Made by a program: the position numbers and the translations under genes. A stretch of 64,000 bases of DNA, taken from Felis catus (lineage: Eukaryota). Shown piece by piece: positions 24,897-64,000 of the stretch. The stretch covers positions 372,001-436,000 of the forward strand of contig NC_058368.1 in assembly GCF_018350175.1 (NCBI RefSeq). The letters are read 5' to 3'. Numbering within the stretch: the stretch's first letter is position 1; each line of letters starts with the position of its first letter. The notes under the pieces were generated by a model, which did not search any database, had not been told where the DNA came from, and saw only the letters and a program-made list of their open reading frames with translations.

Positions 24897-27134
24897 TAAA
24901 AATCTTGCCATCTCCTTCTTCTTACCTTTAAGCTCTTAAAGTGCTTAGAATCAATGCAATTTACTGCTAAATTATTTTCTGCTTGGGTCTTTTACTATTC
25001 TCTGTTCGTTAATTTTGCCTCTCCAACTCAAGTGTAACTTTCTTGAGGGCAGAGAATGACACATTTTAGTACCATTTCTCACCACTCCCCCCCCCCCCGC
25101 ATGTCTGTTATAGTTTCACATAAATTAAGTGCATTAATTGGTTAAAATGAGTTAGGAGTAACTGCATATATTATGACAGCCTATCCCAAATATGTAATAT
25201 TTATCAATGAGGACAGTCCTAAAAGAGCTTCTCGGCATGGATAGGCTTCCTTTGACAGACAGGAAAACCCAGCCTCAAGCAGAAGTTGCGACCATAGTAT
25301 TTAGGCTGAGAAGGTGTCCTAAGTTGAACCCTGGCCTTTAGGGCCAACTCAAGAGAGGTCATTAGAATTGGGTGGAGTTCAGGGTACATTGCCCAGAATA
25401 GGATGCGTGATAGTCCCTGGGGCCAGAAAGAGGGGAGTCTGTGTTTCTGAGGGGAAATCCAGACTACAGTTCTATCAGGTGAGGACTACTCCAGGTGCCT
25501 GCCTCCCAGACGGACATTCTCCTCAAGAAATAATGGGATGTGTGGACTCTGGGGCAAGATGGCCAGCAACAGCAGAGCAGCAACAAGTCAGGATGTGTGT
25601 GTGGAGTAGCCCTATTTGTCCTTTTTGGTAGAAGTCACACTCTAGGATACCTGATGGCATCAGAGTGTCACATGGGTCACAGCAGCAGTGGCTGAGACTG
25701 GCAAAAGCCAGGAACTCTGCAGGACCAGAGAGGTGCCAGAGAATCTGACAACGTTCTTTTTTGTCCAGTTTAGTAGTAACTAACACTTTCCCAAAATTGA
25801 CACCAACAAGAGTAAACAGCAACCTTCTCTAGGAGGAATTGTCACAATTTGCTGATTTCTAAATCGATGCCATCACCTCTCTCTTAGCCTATTCCTCTCC
25901 CTACGTCCCTCTTTCTATCCCCCTAATCAAGTCAGAGTGAATCTGCATTTGCTTTGGAAGCTTGGATCACACTTGAGTTCAGGGGCATTTCTCCAGGCAT
26001 CCTGCTTCTCTATTCTGTATCTGTCCAAGAAGGTAGAGCAGGGGCTGGAAGAGGTGATGGTGAGCCAGCAGCCACTTGGGCCCGCAAAGTCCCTTTTCTT
26101 GCATTCCCAGCAAACAGTGGTAATGTCAGCTGCACGAAAATTTTGCTTCTCCTTAGCCCTGTCTTCAAATTTTTCCTTTGAAGAACCTTCTCCATGAGAG
26201 AAGGAAAGAGGGACACCATACAGACTTACTCCAGGGCGCCACTGTTGCTTGAGTTTGGACTAGAATTTAATATCCCCTCCAACTTGAAAGAACCCGAAAT
26301 GTGTATGTGCGAACCAGGTGTCACCCGGGATTTTCCTGTCCCTTACCATTTAGTTAAGGAGTGAGTCATTGGTGTTGCCCAGCTCCACAGGGGTGTGTTG
26401 GGGGAGGGCGTCGGACTTCAAAGTCTGCCATTTTGGAAAGAAAATAAGAAAGGAAGGGGGTTGGGGAGGAAGGCAGGCGGCAAGGAAGGGACTTGCGTGT
26501 GTAGCATTGGCGGAAGGGGGAGACGTCTGTGCCAGTTAGGGGGTGGGGGTGTTTGTCCGGCCTCAGCCCGCAGCTTCAGTTCTGTCCACGGGGCACAGCC
26601 AAGTCCCGGAGTCTCCGGGCTGCGCGGCTTCCTCCCATCTCTCCTCTCCACTTCCTGCCTCCACATTGTTTCAGAACTCCAACTTCTTACCCGGATCCCC
26701 GAAGTCATTCAGCTACGCCTCACAGCTCTCTCGGTTATTCCCAAATTCACCCTGACAGCCACATCCGCCTGTGGAAATCCACTCTCCGGTAATAAGTCGC
26801 CTCCTATGGCCAGACCTTCGAGAGCAGTTGCCGCCAGGAACTGCAATTCCCCCGTCTGCTTACAAACTTTTGCCAATTCCTTCGTTGGTAAGCAAATTTT
26901 AAAAGCAAAGCGGGTGAGGGTTTCCACCCCAGCTTGGACGAGGCCTCGTGAGCGTCCGGAGCTCGCTCGGCGGCGGGCCGCGTTGGGCCGACGGCGCTGC
27001 CCTTCAGGACCCCGCGCACCGGGCCAGGGCCCGCACCGCGCCCGGCTCCCGAGATAGAGGTCCCGTCGTGGTTTTCCGCGCCGGGGCCCGCGCCTGCGGC
27101 TTTCCCGCCTCCCGGGGCGTCCCGAGGCTGGCGC

Positions 27135-27158
27135 GGGGGCGGGGCGGGCGGCATTTAA
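27135..27158 (+). promoter_or_regulatory. Overlapping GC boxes (GGGCGG) followed by CATTTAA TATA-like element
   Basis: gggggcggggcgggcggCATTTAAgg; the only AT-rich island in the core promoter, about 210 nt upstream of the ATG, implying a TSS near 27180-27190. Confidence 0.7.
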
Positions 27159-27366
27159 GGCGGGCACCGCCTCCCGGCGGCAGCGGCTGGCGCTCGGCCG
27201 CGGGAGGTGCGCCTCGGGACCGCGCCGCTGCCGCCAGAGCCCGACGGGACCCCAGCCCTGCGCGCGCCGCCCGACGGGACCCCCCGCGCTGCGCGCGCCG
27301 CCGCCGCTGCCAGAGCCCAGACCCCAGACCCCGCGCCCGCCCGCAGGCGGCGCCACTAGCGGCGCC

Positions 27367-54944
<27,578 letters not shown>

Positions 54945-55306
54945 GACCACCTTACTTCCCAAGATTCCTAGTTGCACATTGAGCCTGTTCTTTATCTTCT
55001 GGCTGCTGTCTGGGAGACCACTGCAATAAGGACTTATCCAAATGCAGAAAGAGAAGGCAGAAAGCAGTATGAAAGATACTCACTGAGGTTTTGTACTTTC
55101 AAGCAGAAATTCAACTGTTTATATATGATTTGCATCTCTATTTCCGTCTCCTTGTTTAGAAATATGTGAATTTCAAGGGAATGAAGTAGGGAAGAATGAC
55201 ATGTAAGTGTATATAAAGTCCACTCGTTAAATTGCCTTAGGTGATGCAGCCAGCTGCTCAGATTTCCCTGCTAGATAGGATTGGTCAAACCTCCATTCCT
55301 TACCCT

Positions 55307-55312
55307 ATTAAA
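55307..55312 (+). promoter_or_regulatory. Probable ATP12A polyadenylation signal (ATTAAA)
   Basis: First strong hexamer after the stop codon (~360 nt 3'UTR); I saw no AATAAA before the SINE tail at ~56123. Confidence 0.55.
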
Positions 55313-55934
55313 AGCCAAGTGACCTTCCTAGATTTCTCTGAATTCCCAGAGAGCTTATAATTTCATGGTCACCCTGCTCAAAAGTTAATTCAGCTGAAGA
55401 GTTGCAAAAGGTGGAAGTAATGGCAGGTTTACATCACAGTAACATGGACAACCTCAGTTTTGACCCTGAGACATCTTTCTTAACAGTCCACCACCCATCT
55501 GCAGCCCTCATCATCTGGCCAGTCCTGTCGGTGCCCTTCCTCCCTCGCTCCCTCATTGCCTTCCACTCCCGAGACTGACCCACCAACTCCTCCCAAACTG
55601 AGCTCCGTGTCCGTTTTGCATATCCCAGTCCAAATGCTCTCTCGACTCAAAGGAGTTTTCAGTTATCAGGATTCAACCTCAGTAGAGAAGAACGGGTTTA
55701 AAACAGTAATATTTATTTCTCATAAAATGGTTGCAAAGCACTCTCTGGCATTAATTTTATGTCATGATTTAACTTCACTTTATTCGTGTGTAACACATAC
55801 ATCCATGTTGACAGCCCCTAAGAGGCTTCATTTTAAGTAAAAGATGTTTTATAAAACCCGGTCTCATTGTGGTATTTTAATTAATTTGGGTTTTTCTAGA
55901 ATGCAGAGCATAGGGCACCAAAAAATGAGATGTG

Positions 55935-56140
55935 AGGGGCATCTGGGTGGCTCAGTCGGTTGAGTGTCCGACTTCAGCTCAGGTTATGATCTCGTGGTCT
56001 GTGACTTCGAGCCCCACATCGGGCTCTGTGCTGACAGCTCGGAGCCTGGAGCCTGCTTCGGATTCTGTGTCTCCCTCTCTCTCTGCCCCTCCCCTGCTCA
56101 TGCTCTGTCTCTCTCTTTCATAAATAAATAAAAACATTTA
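55935..56140 (+). mobile_element. CanSINE downstream of ATP12A
   Basis: TSD aaaaaatgagatgt. Confidence 0.93.
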
Positions 56141-57524
56141 AAAAAATGAGATGTAATTTCAAATTTTTTTTCTTCTTTCAGTCATTTTACTTTTCTATGG
56201 CAGGTCTAAAATATAGGGTTTACCTTCTGAACTCCCCTCTCCAATATCCCCGTTCTATATCCCAAGTCAGGATTTCTGGGGGAGGATACACCTTTCATCA
56301 CTGGCCCTAGGGAAAGCAATTTTCGTAGCACTGACTTGACAGAACCTGAAAATTGCATGTGGTTAAACTTTCCCATTCCCAGCCTACCCCATCACCTCTC
56401 CTCCATTGCTCATTTAAACAAGGATATTCTGCTGCTGATGGCTCTAGGCTGGTGTCTCTGGAACAGGAAGAGGGGGACACAGAGCCATAGTACTCTGTCA
56501 TTTTCTCAGGGGTCACATTGAGAAGCATAAAAGAGGTCAGGGGCCATCATTGTAGCTTTATGTAAATAGCTTATAATATACAATGTATATTATGTGTGTA
56601 TATGTAAGTGAAAATCGTATTGCTGTCCTCAAGGTCTTTCATCTGTATTTTTAGCCCCAATTATCACTGGGTTAATCTCACATCAGTAGTAGCAGTGAAC
56701 TGGAAACCCTTCCAGGCAGCGACATCATGACCTTCTCATTCCAGTCTTGACAAGGCAGCTAATGCTTTCTAAACTTCAACTAAGAATAATTGGTCCTCAC
56801 TCTGTTTCCTGCCAGGCTGTCTGAGTGCTCCTGGATGTGAAGGTTGGTAGCTCTTGGTCCCGCCAGAGCCAGCCAGGGAAGCTATAAATACAACACAACG
56901 CTCTAAGGGGTTTCACTTGACTTTGAAATAAGTTTGAAAGGAGTAACATATGAAGTAGATGTCTCTTCACAGCAGGAGTCCTATCTAGAATTACTTTCAT
57001 ATTGTACATACACTACTCTTGCAAAAAGTTGACACTGAAATATTTGTAAAATGAACACATAACTAAGGAATTCCAGAAATGAGAGCCATAGATCAAGTAG
57101 CTTTCTTAAGTGGTAGACAGAATAAGGCAATAAAATCCCATATCAGAGGTTATTTTTGTTTGTTTGTTGGAGGGACCATTTCATTGACCCACTAAGGTAG
57201 GCCTAGATACATTCTAGAAAAAATAGCAGAGTTTAATTGGTGTGGCACATTCACAGCAACTCAGACAGATAAAAATGAGGCCAGATTTATTGAGTCTTTA
57301 TTTTTTTAATCCATGTTTTATTCAGATTATAAATTGCAGCTCATTTTAGAAAACTCTAATATCCAAGAGTAAAAAGAAAATTAAAATCATCCTGAATCTA
57401 ACTACCTAGTAACATATAACATAGTAGTTATTTCCTTGGGGTTTTTCTATACATATATATTTTCAGGCAAAATTGAAATACAAAGTTTTCCATTCTGCCT
57501 TTTTACTCACCATTGAAGATGTGG

Positions 57525-57732
57525 GGTTTTTTTGGTCTTTTTTTTATGTTTACTTTTGAGGGAAAGAGAGACAGAGAGAGAGGAGGGACCGAGAGAGGGG
57601 GTGGACAGAGGATCTGAAGTGGGCTTTGTACTTACAGCAGACAGCCTGATGTGGGGCAAGAACTCATGAACCACAAGATCATGACCTGAGCTGAAGTTGG
57701 ACACTTAACCAACTGAGTCACCCAGGCGCCCC
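57525..57732 (-). mobile_element. CanSINE
   Basis: Reverse SINE body ending cacccaggcgcccc. Confidence 0.9.
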
Positions 57733-57896
57733 TGAAGACATGTTTTTTTAATAATGTGCAATATTCCATACTGAGAGTACTTTAATCACATCCCCATTGT
57801 TGGTTGATTTATTTCAAACTATTCATCTTTAACAACAACAAAAAAAAGGCTGTATCTTGTCATTAAATCTTGTACTACATCTCTGATTATTTTATA

Positions 57897-58099
57897 TTTT
57901 TAATTTTTTTTAATGTTTATTTATTTTTGAAAGAGAGAGACACAGAGCACAAGCAGGGGTGGGGCAGGGAGAGAGGGAGACACAGAATCTGAAGCAGGCT
58001 CCAGGCTCTGAGCTGTCAGCACAGAGCCCAACGCAGGGCTTGAACCCACAAGCCATGAGATCATGACACACTTAACTGACTGAGCCATCTAGGCACCCC
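57897..58099 (-). mobile_element. CanSINE with short internal deletion
   Basis: TSD tctctgattattttata; lacks the ctgagctgaagtcgga segment. Confidence 0.92.
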
Positions 58100-58510
58100 T
58101 CTCTGATTATTTTATAATTGATTTCTATGGAATGGAGTGGAAACAAAATGGAGCATTTTAAAGGCCCTTGATACACATTACCAAGTTTCTTTTCAGATAA
58201 GCTGTCTCAATTTACATTCCTGTCAGCAATAATAAAGTGAATATTTATTTTGCCTGTCATTAGACATGAAAGATTTATCAACTCTAAGAGATTTTTATTC
58301 ATTCACCAAAGATGTAGATTGCCCACTGTGCAGTCTGAGCATACAGCAGGGAACAAGACAGAATCATGGAGCTGGTACTCCAATGGAGTGGCAGAAAAAA
58401 TATAATTGCAAAAGGGTTTGAAAAGACATAATGAGGCTTAGAGAGTAAACTATAGGATGGGGAGGTGTGGTAAGCCTACTTTAAATGGGGTGGTCAGGAA
58501 AGTCCTTTTT

Positions 58511-58723
58511 CTTTTAATTTTTTTAAATGTTTTATTTATTTTTGAGAGAGAGACAGAGTGCAAGCTGGGGACGGGCAGAGAGAGGAGGACACAGAATCCG
58601 AAGCAGGCTCCAGGCTCCAAGCCGTCAGCACAGAGCCTGACGCGGGGCTCAAACCCACAAACCGTGAGATTATGACCTGAGCTGAAGTCAGACACTCAAC
58701 CGACTGAGCCACCCAGGCGCCCC
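58511..58723 (-). mobile_element. CanSINE inserted in an L2-like region
   Basis: TSD aggaaagtccttttt at 58496-58510 and 58724-58738. Confidence 0.93.
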
Positions 58724-61700
58724 AGGAAAGTCCTTTTTGAGGAGGTAACAAGGAGCAGCCACTGTCAAGAACAGAGAGAAGAGAATTCCAGAAGAGGGGA
58801 CACAGTGAGGTGTGGACACCAGGGACATGAACAGCAGGTGGCAGGAATATGGACAGCAACAGGAATTAACAGAATTAACAGCCTGGTTAATCAGGCAGTT
58901 GGAGAAATAGGCAAGAATCTGTTCACATAGGGTCTCATAGTCCCTATGAAGGAGGTTGGATTTCATTACAAATACAATGTCACACTATTAAAGTTTATTA
59001 ATAAAGGCAGTGATTTGCTCCAGTTTACATGTTACAATCACATGGGCTTCTACATAGAGGACAGGAGGGGGGCCAGGAAAGAATGGATGTAAGGAGGTGA
59101 GTTAGGCAAGTAAAGCTATGATTTAGACTATGCAGGTGGTAACAGGTATGAGAACAGTGTGTGAAGTGCACTTGGCTCTTGTGTGTGTGTGTGCCTTTAA
59201 CTATATAAACACTTCCATGGAAGAATTTTGTAAGGGAAGTTACCTGTAGATGATCCAAATCAGGCCACTAGAAAGGTCACCAACTTCCCTGACTCCATGA
59301 TCATCAAGATGAGAGAAAGAAAAAATATTGAGGCAAGGATCTTCCTCCTAGGAGACTTCTTAAATAGATAGAACTAGATATACATCTAAATGTACATATG
59401 CTAGTTGCTCCTGACTCTACATTTATAAAGAGCATAAGGTCTCCACATTCATTCATTCTGCCATCATCATCCCACCTGTGGAGTTTAATGTCTCCCAAAC
59501 AGAACAGTAAAAATAGCTAATATTTATTAAATACCCTATTTCATCCTGGGCACTGTGACACCTTCCTAAAAGCATTGTCTCATTAATGCTTACAACAACT
59601 GGACCAGTTAGTAGTGTCAACCTTGCATTACAAATAAGGAAATGGAGACTCAGGTGAAGTAACTTGCCCAGTGCTGTGGATTTCTTCTGCTCCACTAAGC
59701 GCTCAATTTTAGAATCTGTGAAATGATGTAGGGAGAATTTGTGCTTCCATGGAAAACTACCTGCTTGTTTAGATCACACCCTTCAGGTGTTATTTAAAGT
59801 TATCAAGAACTGACAGCAATTCAAAATATTCCTTGTCTATAGATATGCAAAAGACTCCCATCTCCTGAGGGACAATCCTCCTTCCTCTGGAAAAGCCAGG
59901 TTCATTCCATTTGCACAATCTTCTGACATTCCTTGACTACAAAGAAATACATGCTTTCTGTCCTTTCAACCGGTTCTAACAACTGGTTCCTACATCTAAA
60001 TAATAAGCCAATAAAATCTTTAAGACTTGTTCATTCCATTGCTTCTAGAGCCATGATTTTATCTTTTCTTTGAAAAATATCCTTTCACAATGAAAAGAGA
60101 GGAAGAAAACTGCCATTCACTCCTTTCAGGGGCTCCTAGCTTTGGTGCAGTTGGATATCTACCAACTCCAGGGGGGCTAATCTTCCCCAGCCAGCTGCCC
60201 AAACAAGCCCCAGGGCCTGCCTTCCATTTTCCACTTTTGCTTCATTGATGCTGTTTTTTCCACCTCAGACCAGCTCTCTGGCCAGGCTCCTTCCTCCCCA
60301 GACCCCATTCTTTGTTCTCGACCCTCTCCTCTTACATACCAGAATACAACTCACCAGATTTTATCTTCTCGGTCCAGAGGCTCTAAGATAAAATGTAATG
60401 GAAATTTAAGACAAAAACCTGATTTACTTTAAAGAGACAGAAGCTCCCCTCTACAGAGTTATTGTAAAGATAAACAAATGTTGTGGAGAAAAGCACTTTG
60501 TAAGCCTGAAAGTACAAGAATTAGTTTTTTTTTTCTTTTTGCATTTTATAGTCATAACATGGAATTTCTCCCTCTTGCTTTCATTTTTCAACAAAATCAA
60601 GCACGTGCTAGGTATACAGCACCAGGCTAAAAGATGTGAGGAAACTAGGATTGATTAGTGTGGTGCTAGCCTCGTAGGAGCAAATGATACAACAGGAAAG
60701 GCACATTTGTAAATGGGCTGTGGATCGAGGTCAGGGTTTGACACAGGCAGCAGAGGCAGTGTTGTAGGTATTCAGACCACCCTCCGCAGGTCTACTCAGC
60801 CGTTAGGAGGTGGGATTTCAATAGCAGAGATGAGGCAGAGCATCACAGCTAGGGAAAGGAGCAGACAGGGGCCAGAGGTGTGTTCCAGTAGGTCACAGTG
60901 TGTCCCAGGGCCAGTCCCCTTCAAGGTAGGTTTCAAGATACCCGGGTGAAGTAACTGGAGGGCAGACAGACACATCTTCTGAACCCTGTGTGCCTGGGTC
61001 CAGTATTCTTCCTGGTTGCCCCTGGGGGGCTGCAGTATCCGTGACCAAACCCCCAAGAGACAGAAATAAAGTTGCCTGTGGGAGTAAAAATCAAATGAAT
61101 TCATCCAGGGCCAAAGCAGAGATGGCAGAGTTATTTTAAATAAGACCCATGCTAAAGACTGTCAGTCAGAAAGCAGCTGTTCACAACAGAGACAAAGAAA
61201 AGGAACGCTGAGGCCTGGTTGATAAACCCACTCATGCCTGTCAAAAGGAAGGAGCCTGGTCTCCCCGACCCATGTGATGGCTCCCCTGGTAGGTCTAGAC
61301 CTAAGGTGAGGACAGGTATTGGCAGGCCCACATCAGGTCACAAACCACATCTGCTTTCCCTAATTCCAAATTCATGTATCGACTTTCTGACTTCTGATGC
61401 AACCAGGGGAGGAAAGCCTGGCTGGGGAACATAAAGACCTCATGCCCATGGCAGTTATTTTATAATGTTAATTTATTACACCAGCATCTCGTTGACATAC
61501 TTGAGCCTCTATGACATCAGTCATGGTGGAACAATCTGACCCTCTGAAGCCATAAATTCCCTGGAGAAGACTAAAGGGCCACTGCCCCTGACAGGTCTGT
61601 GATCATTCCTTTTAATGTCTAGGGTGGGAAACCATGGGCTGGTCCTAGGGGACAATGGGAGGTAAGCCGGGATAGCAGACAGTGGAGCCCTTGAGTGACT

Positions 61701-61799
61701 GGCTCAGGAGTCAGGACTTTGTTCAACAGGCAAACAAGCCCATAGGTGTAAAGCACCTAGAAGAGTTCCTAGCACCTAGTAGCAGCTCAAAAGGTGTTT

Positions 61800-62280
61800 G
61801 CTATCCTTATTAGAACTTCACAAGTCCTTATTGGCCTGCAAGGCCCTGTGCAATGTGCCTTTGACCTCTATTCTGTGATCTGTTCACACAGGCCTTGACC
61901 TGGCTCCTTCAGGATACCAAGTGGTCACCCAGCTTGGGACCTTTGTGCTGGCTGCTCACTCTACTAGAAATGCTTTCTCCCAAATACCCCCAGGCTTCTT
62001 TCCATCCCACCTTTCCCAGATCTGTCTGATGACTACCAACACCCCAACACTACCTTCCCCTTTCCATGCTTCATTTTTCTCCTTAGCAATTCTCAGTACC
62101 TGACATGCTCCGTGTTTTACATGATGATCTGTTTGGTTGCCTGTCTCCCCATGGACAAGCCCTGAGATGTAAGCTCCCAGAGGCCAAGAACTTTGGTCTC
62201 GTTGGTTCATTGATAAGGCCTAGAAAAGTACCTGGCACATAGTACATGCTCAATAATTATATGATGAATGGATGATTGGA
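61800..62280 (+). mobile_element. L2 3'-end fragment
   Basis: gatgtaagctcccagaggccaag...cctggcacatagtacatgctcaataa...gatgaatggatga L2-type terminus. Confidence 0.65.
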
Positions 62281-62719
62281 GGAGCTTGGAACAGACTGTC
62301 AACAAGGGAATGAGTTAAGAAAACAGACCTAGAAACAGAAGCATGAAAAGACCTATATTCGGAAGACAGAAGGAAAGGAGAGGGATTCAGAAGTGAAGGA
62401 GAAAAGGATTATTCGTAGTGGAAAAGCATCTGGGCCTTGGAGTCAGATAGATAGAGCTAGGTTAAATACTGCTTTCCATTTATTACATTACTATGGCATT
62501 CTCTCAGTATTCATCTGTCGTCTCTAGAATAGGCATAATGATATCTGCCTCACGGGGCAGCTGAGGGCATGAACTTATGAGGCCCTCATGTCTTTCAATT
62601 GCTGCTCCTTCTTTTTTCACTTTATAGTCACCAGATGTAGATCTATTTTTTCATTAACACTGACATACATATGTAATTTTAATTAATGGGGTCCTATTAT
62701 ACTATGCATATTATACTTT

Positions 62720-63156
62720 AATTTTTTTTAAATTTTTTTTAACGTTTATTCATCTTTGAAGGGCAGAGAGAGACAGGGCATGAGCAGGGTAGGGGCAGAG
62801 AGAGGGAGACACAGAATCCGAAGCAGGCTCCAGGCTCCAAGCTGTCAGCACAGAGCCCGACGCGGGGCTTTCAATTCACAGAGAGATCATGAGCTGAGTC
62901 AAAGTTGGATGCTCAACCGGCCACCCAGGCGCCCCTACTTTAAAATTTTTTTTTAATGTTCATTTATTTTGACAGAGAGAAGGGGAGGGCATGCACAGGG
63001 GGAGGGACAGAGAGAGAGGGAGAGAGAGAATTCCAAGCAGACTCTGCTCTGTCAGCACGAAGCCTGACTTGGGGCTCAATCTCACAAACATGAGATGGTG
63101 ACCTGAGCTTAAATCAAGAGTCAGATGCTCAACCAACTGAGCCACCCATACACCCA
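62720..63156 (-). mobile_element. Two adjacent CanSINEs (62720-62935 nested at the tail of ~62945-63156)
   Basis: Outer TSD atattatacttt; the inner SINE has its own tactttaa..ttttt duplication. Confidence 0.9.
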
Positions 63157-63189
63157 TATATTATACTTTTTATATGCAATCTTTTTTCT

Positions 63190-64000
63190 TTTTTTTATCT
63201 TAACCATTTTTATTTTTAAGTACAGCTGTCACACGGTGTTGCATTAGTTTCAGGTATATGACTTAGTGATCTGACAAGTTCACACATTATGCTATGTTCA
63301 CAAGTATAGCTACCGTCTGCCCCCATTATATGATTATTACAATATCATTGATTGTATTCCTTATGCTCAGCTTTTTATTCCTGTGACTTACTTATTCCAT
63401 AAGTATTCCAGTTAATCCATAACTGAAGGGCTGTATCTTCCTCTTCCCTTCACTCATTTTGCCCTACCACCCCCCTGATCCCAGCAATCATCAGTTTGTT
63501 CTCTGTATTTATAGGCCTGATTCTGCTTTTGGTTTGTTTATTCATTTTTTTTTTTTTTTAGATTCCACTTATGAGTGGATACATTTGGTATTTGTCTTTC
63601 TCAGTCTGACTTATTTCACTTAGGATAATACCCTCTAGGTCCATCCATGTTGTTGCAAATGGCAAGATCTCATACTTTTTAAGCCTGTGTAATAATATTC
63701 CATTTTGTATATACTACATTTTCCTTATCCATTTGTCTATTGATAGGCACTTACGTTGCTTCTATGTCTTGGCTATTGTAAATAATGCTGCAATAAACAT
63801 AGGAGTGCATTTATCTTTCTCAATTAGTGTTTTCATTTTCCCTTGTTACCCAGTAGTAGAATACCCCGTAGTAGAATTATTGGATCATTATTTTAATGTT
63901 TTCAGTGCCTCCACACTGTTTTCCAGAATGTCTGGGCCAATTCCTATTCCCACCAAGAGTGCATAAAGGTTTGTTTTTCTCTACATCCTTGCCAACACTT
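63190..64000 (-). mobile_element. L1 3' end (runs off the window)
   Basis: Reverse L1 3'UTR/ORF2 end: tgacttatttcacttaggataataccctctaggtccatccatgttgttgcaaatggcaagat...ttggctattgtaaataatgctgcaataaacatagg. Confidence 0.9.

Noticed and set aside
56200..64000. Exons of a neighbouring gene (RNF17 follows ATP12A in human)
   Set aside because: I found no CpG island or recognisable coding exon in the last 8 kb.

Overview
This is mammalian genomic DNA from a cat-family (felid) genome, judged from the SINEC_Fc-type CanSINEs and carnivore-type L1. It contains one complete, apparently intact gene on the + strand: ATP12A, the non-gastric H+/K+-ATPase alpha subunit. The gene has 23 coding exons, all with GT-AG introns, from ATG 27367 to TAA 54944 (3117 nt including the stop, 1038 aa). 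It sits behind a CpG-island promoter with GC boxes and a CATTTAA TATA-like box. The 27 kb upstream and 9 kb downstream are repeat-rich non-coding sequence (L1, CanSINEs, MLT2-type LTRs, hAT MITEs, MIR/L2). The most unusual structure is an old ERV-L-like (class III) endogenous retrovirus that carries a gamma-type env TM fragment. Its 5' part (LTR-PBS-gag, - strand, ~15000-16007) and 3' part (IN-env-LTR, + strand, ~7450-9052) point in opposite directions around a 5'-truncated L1, as if one provirus had been split by an inversion. Other points of note are a SINE dimer under a single TSD, inverted SINE pairs in ATP12A introns, a STAT6/NF-kB/AP-1 motif cluster, and a few unusual ATP12A residues. 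I see no convincing new protein-coding system; most short ORFs are repeat-derived.
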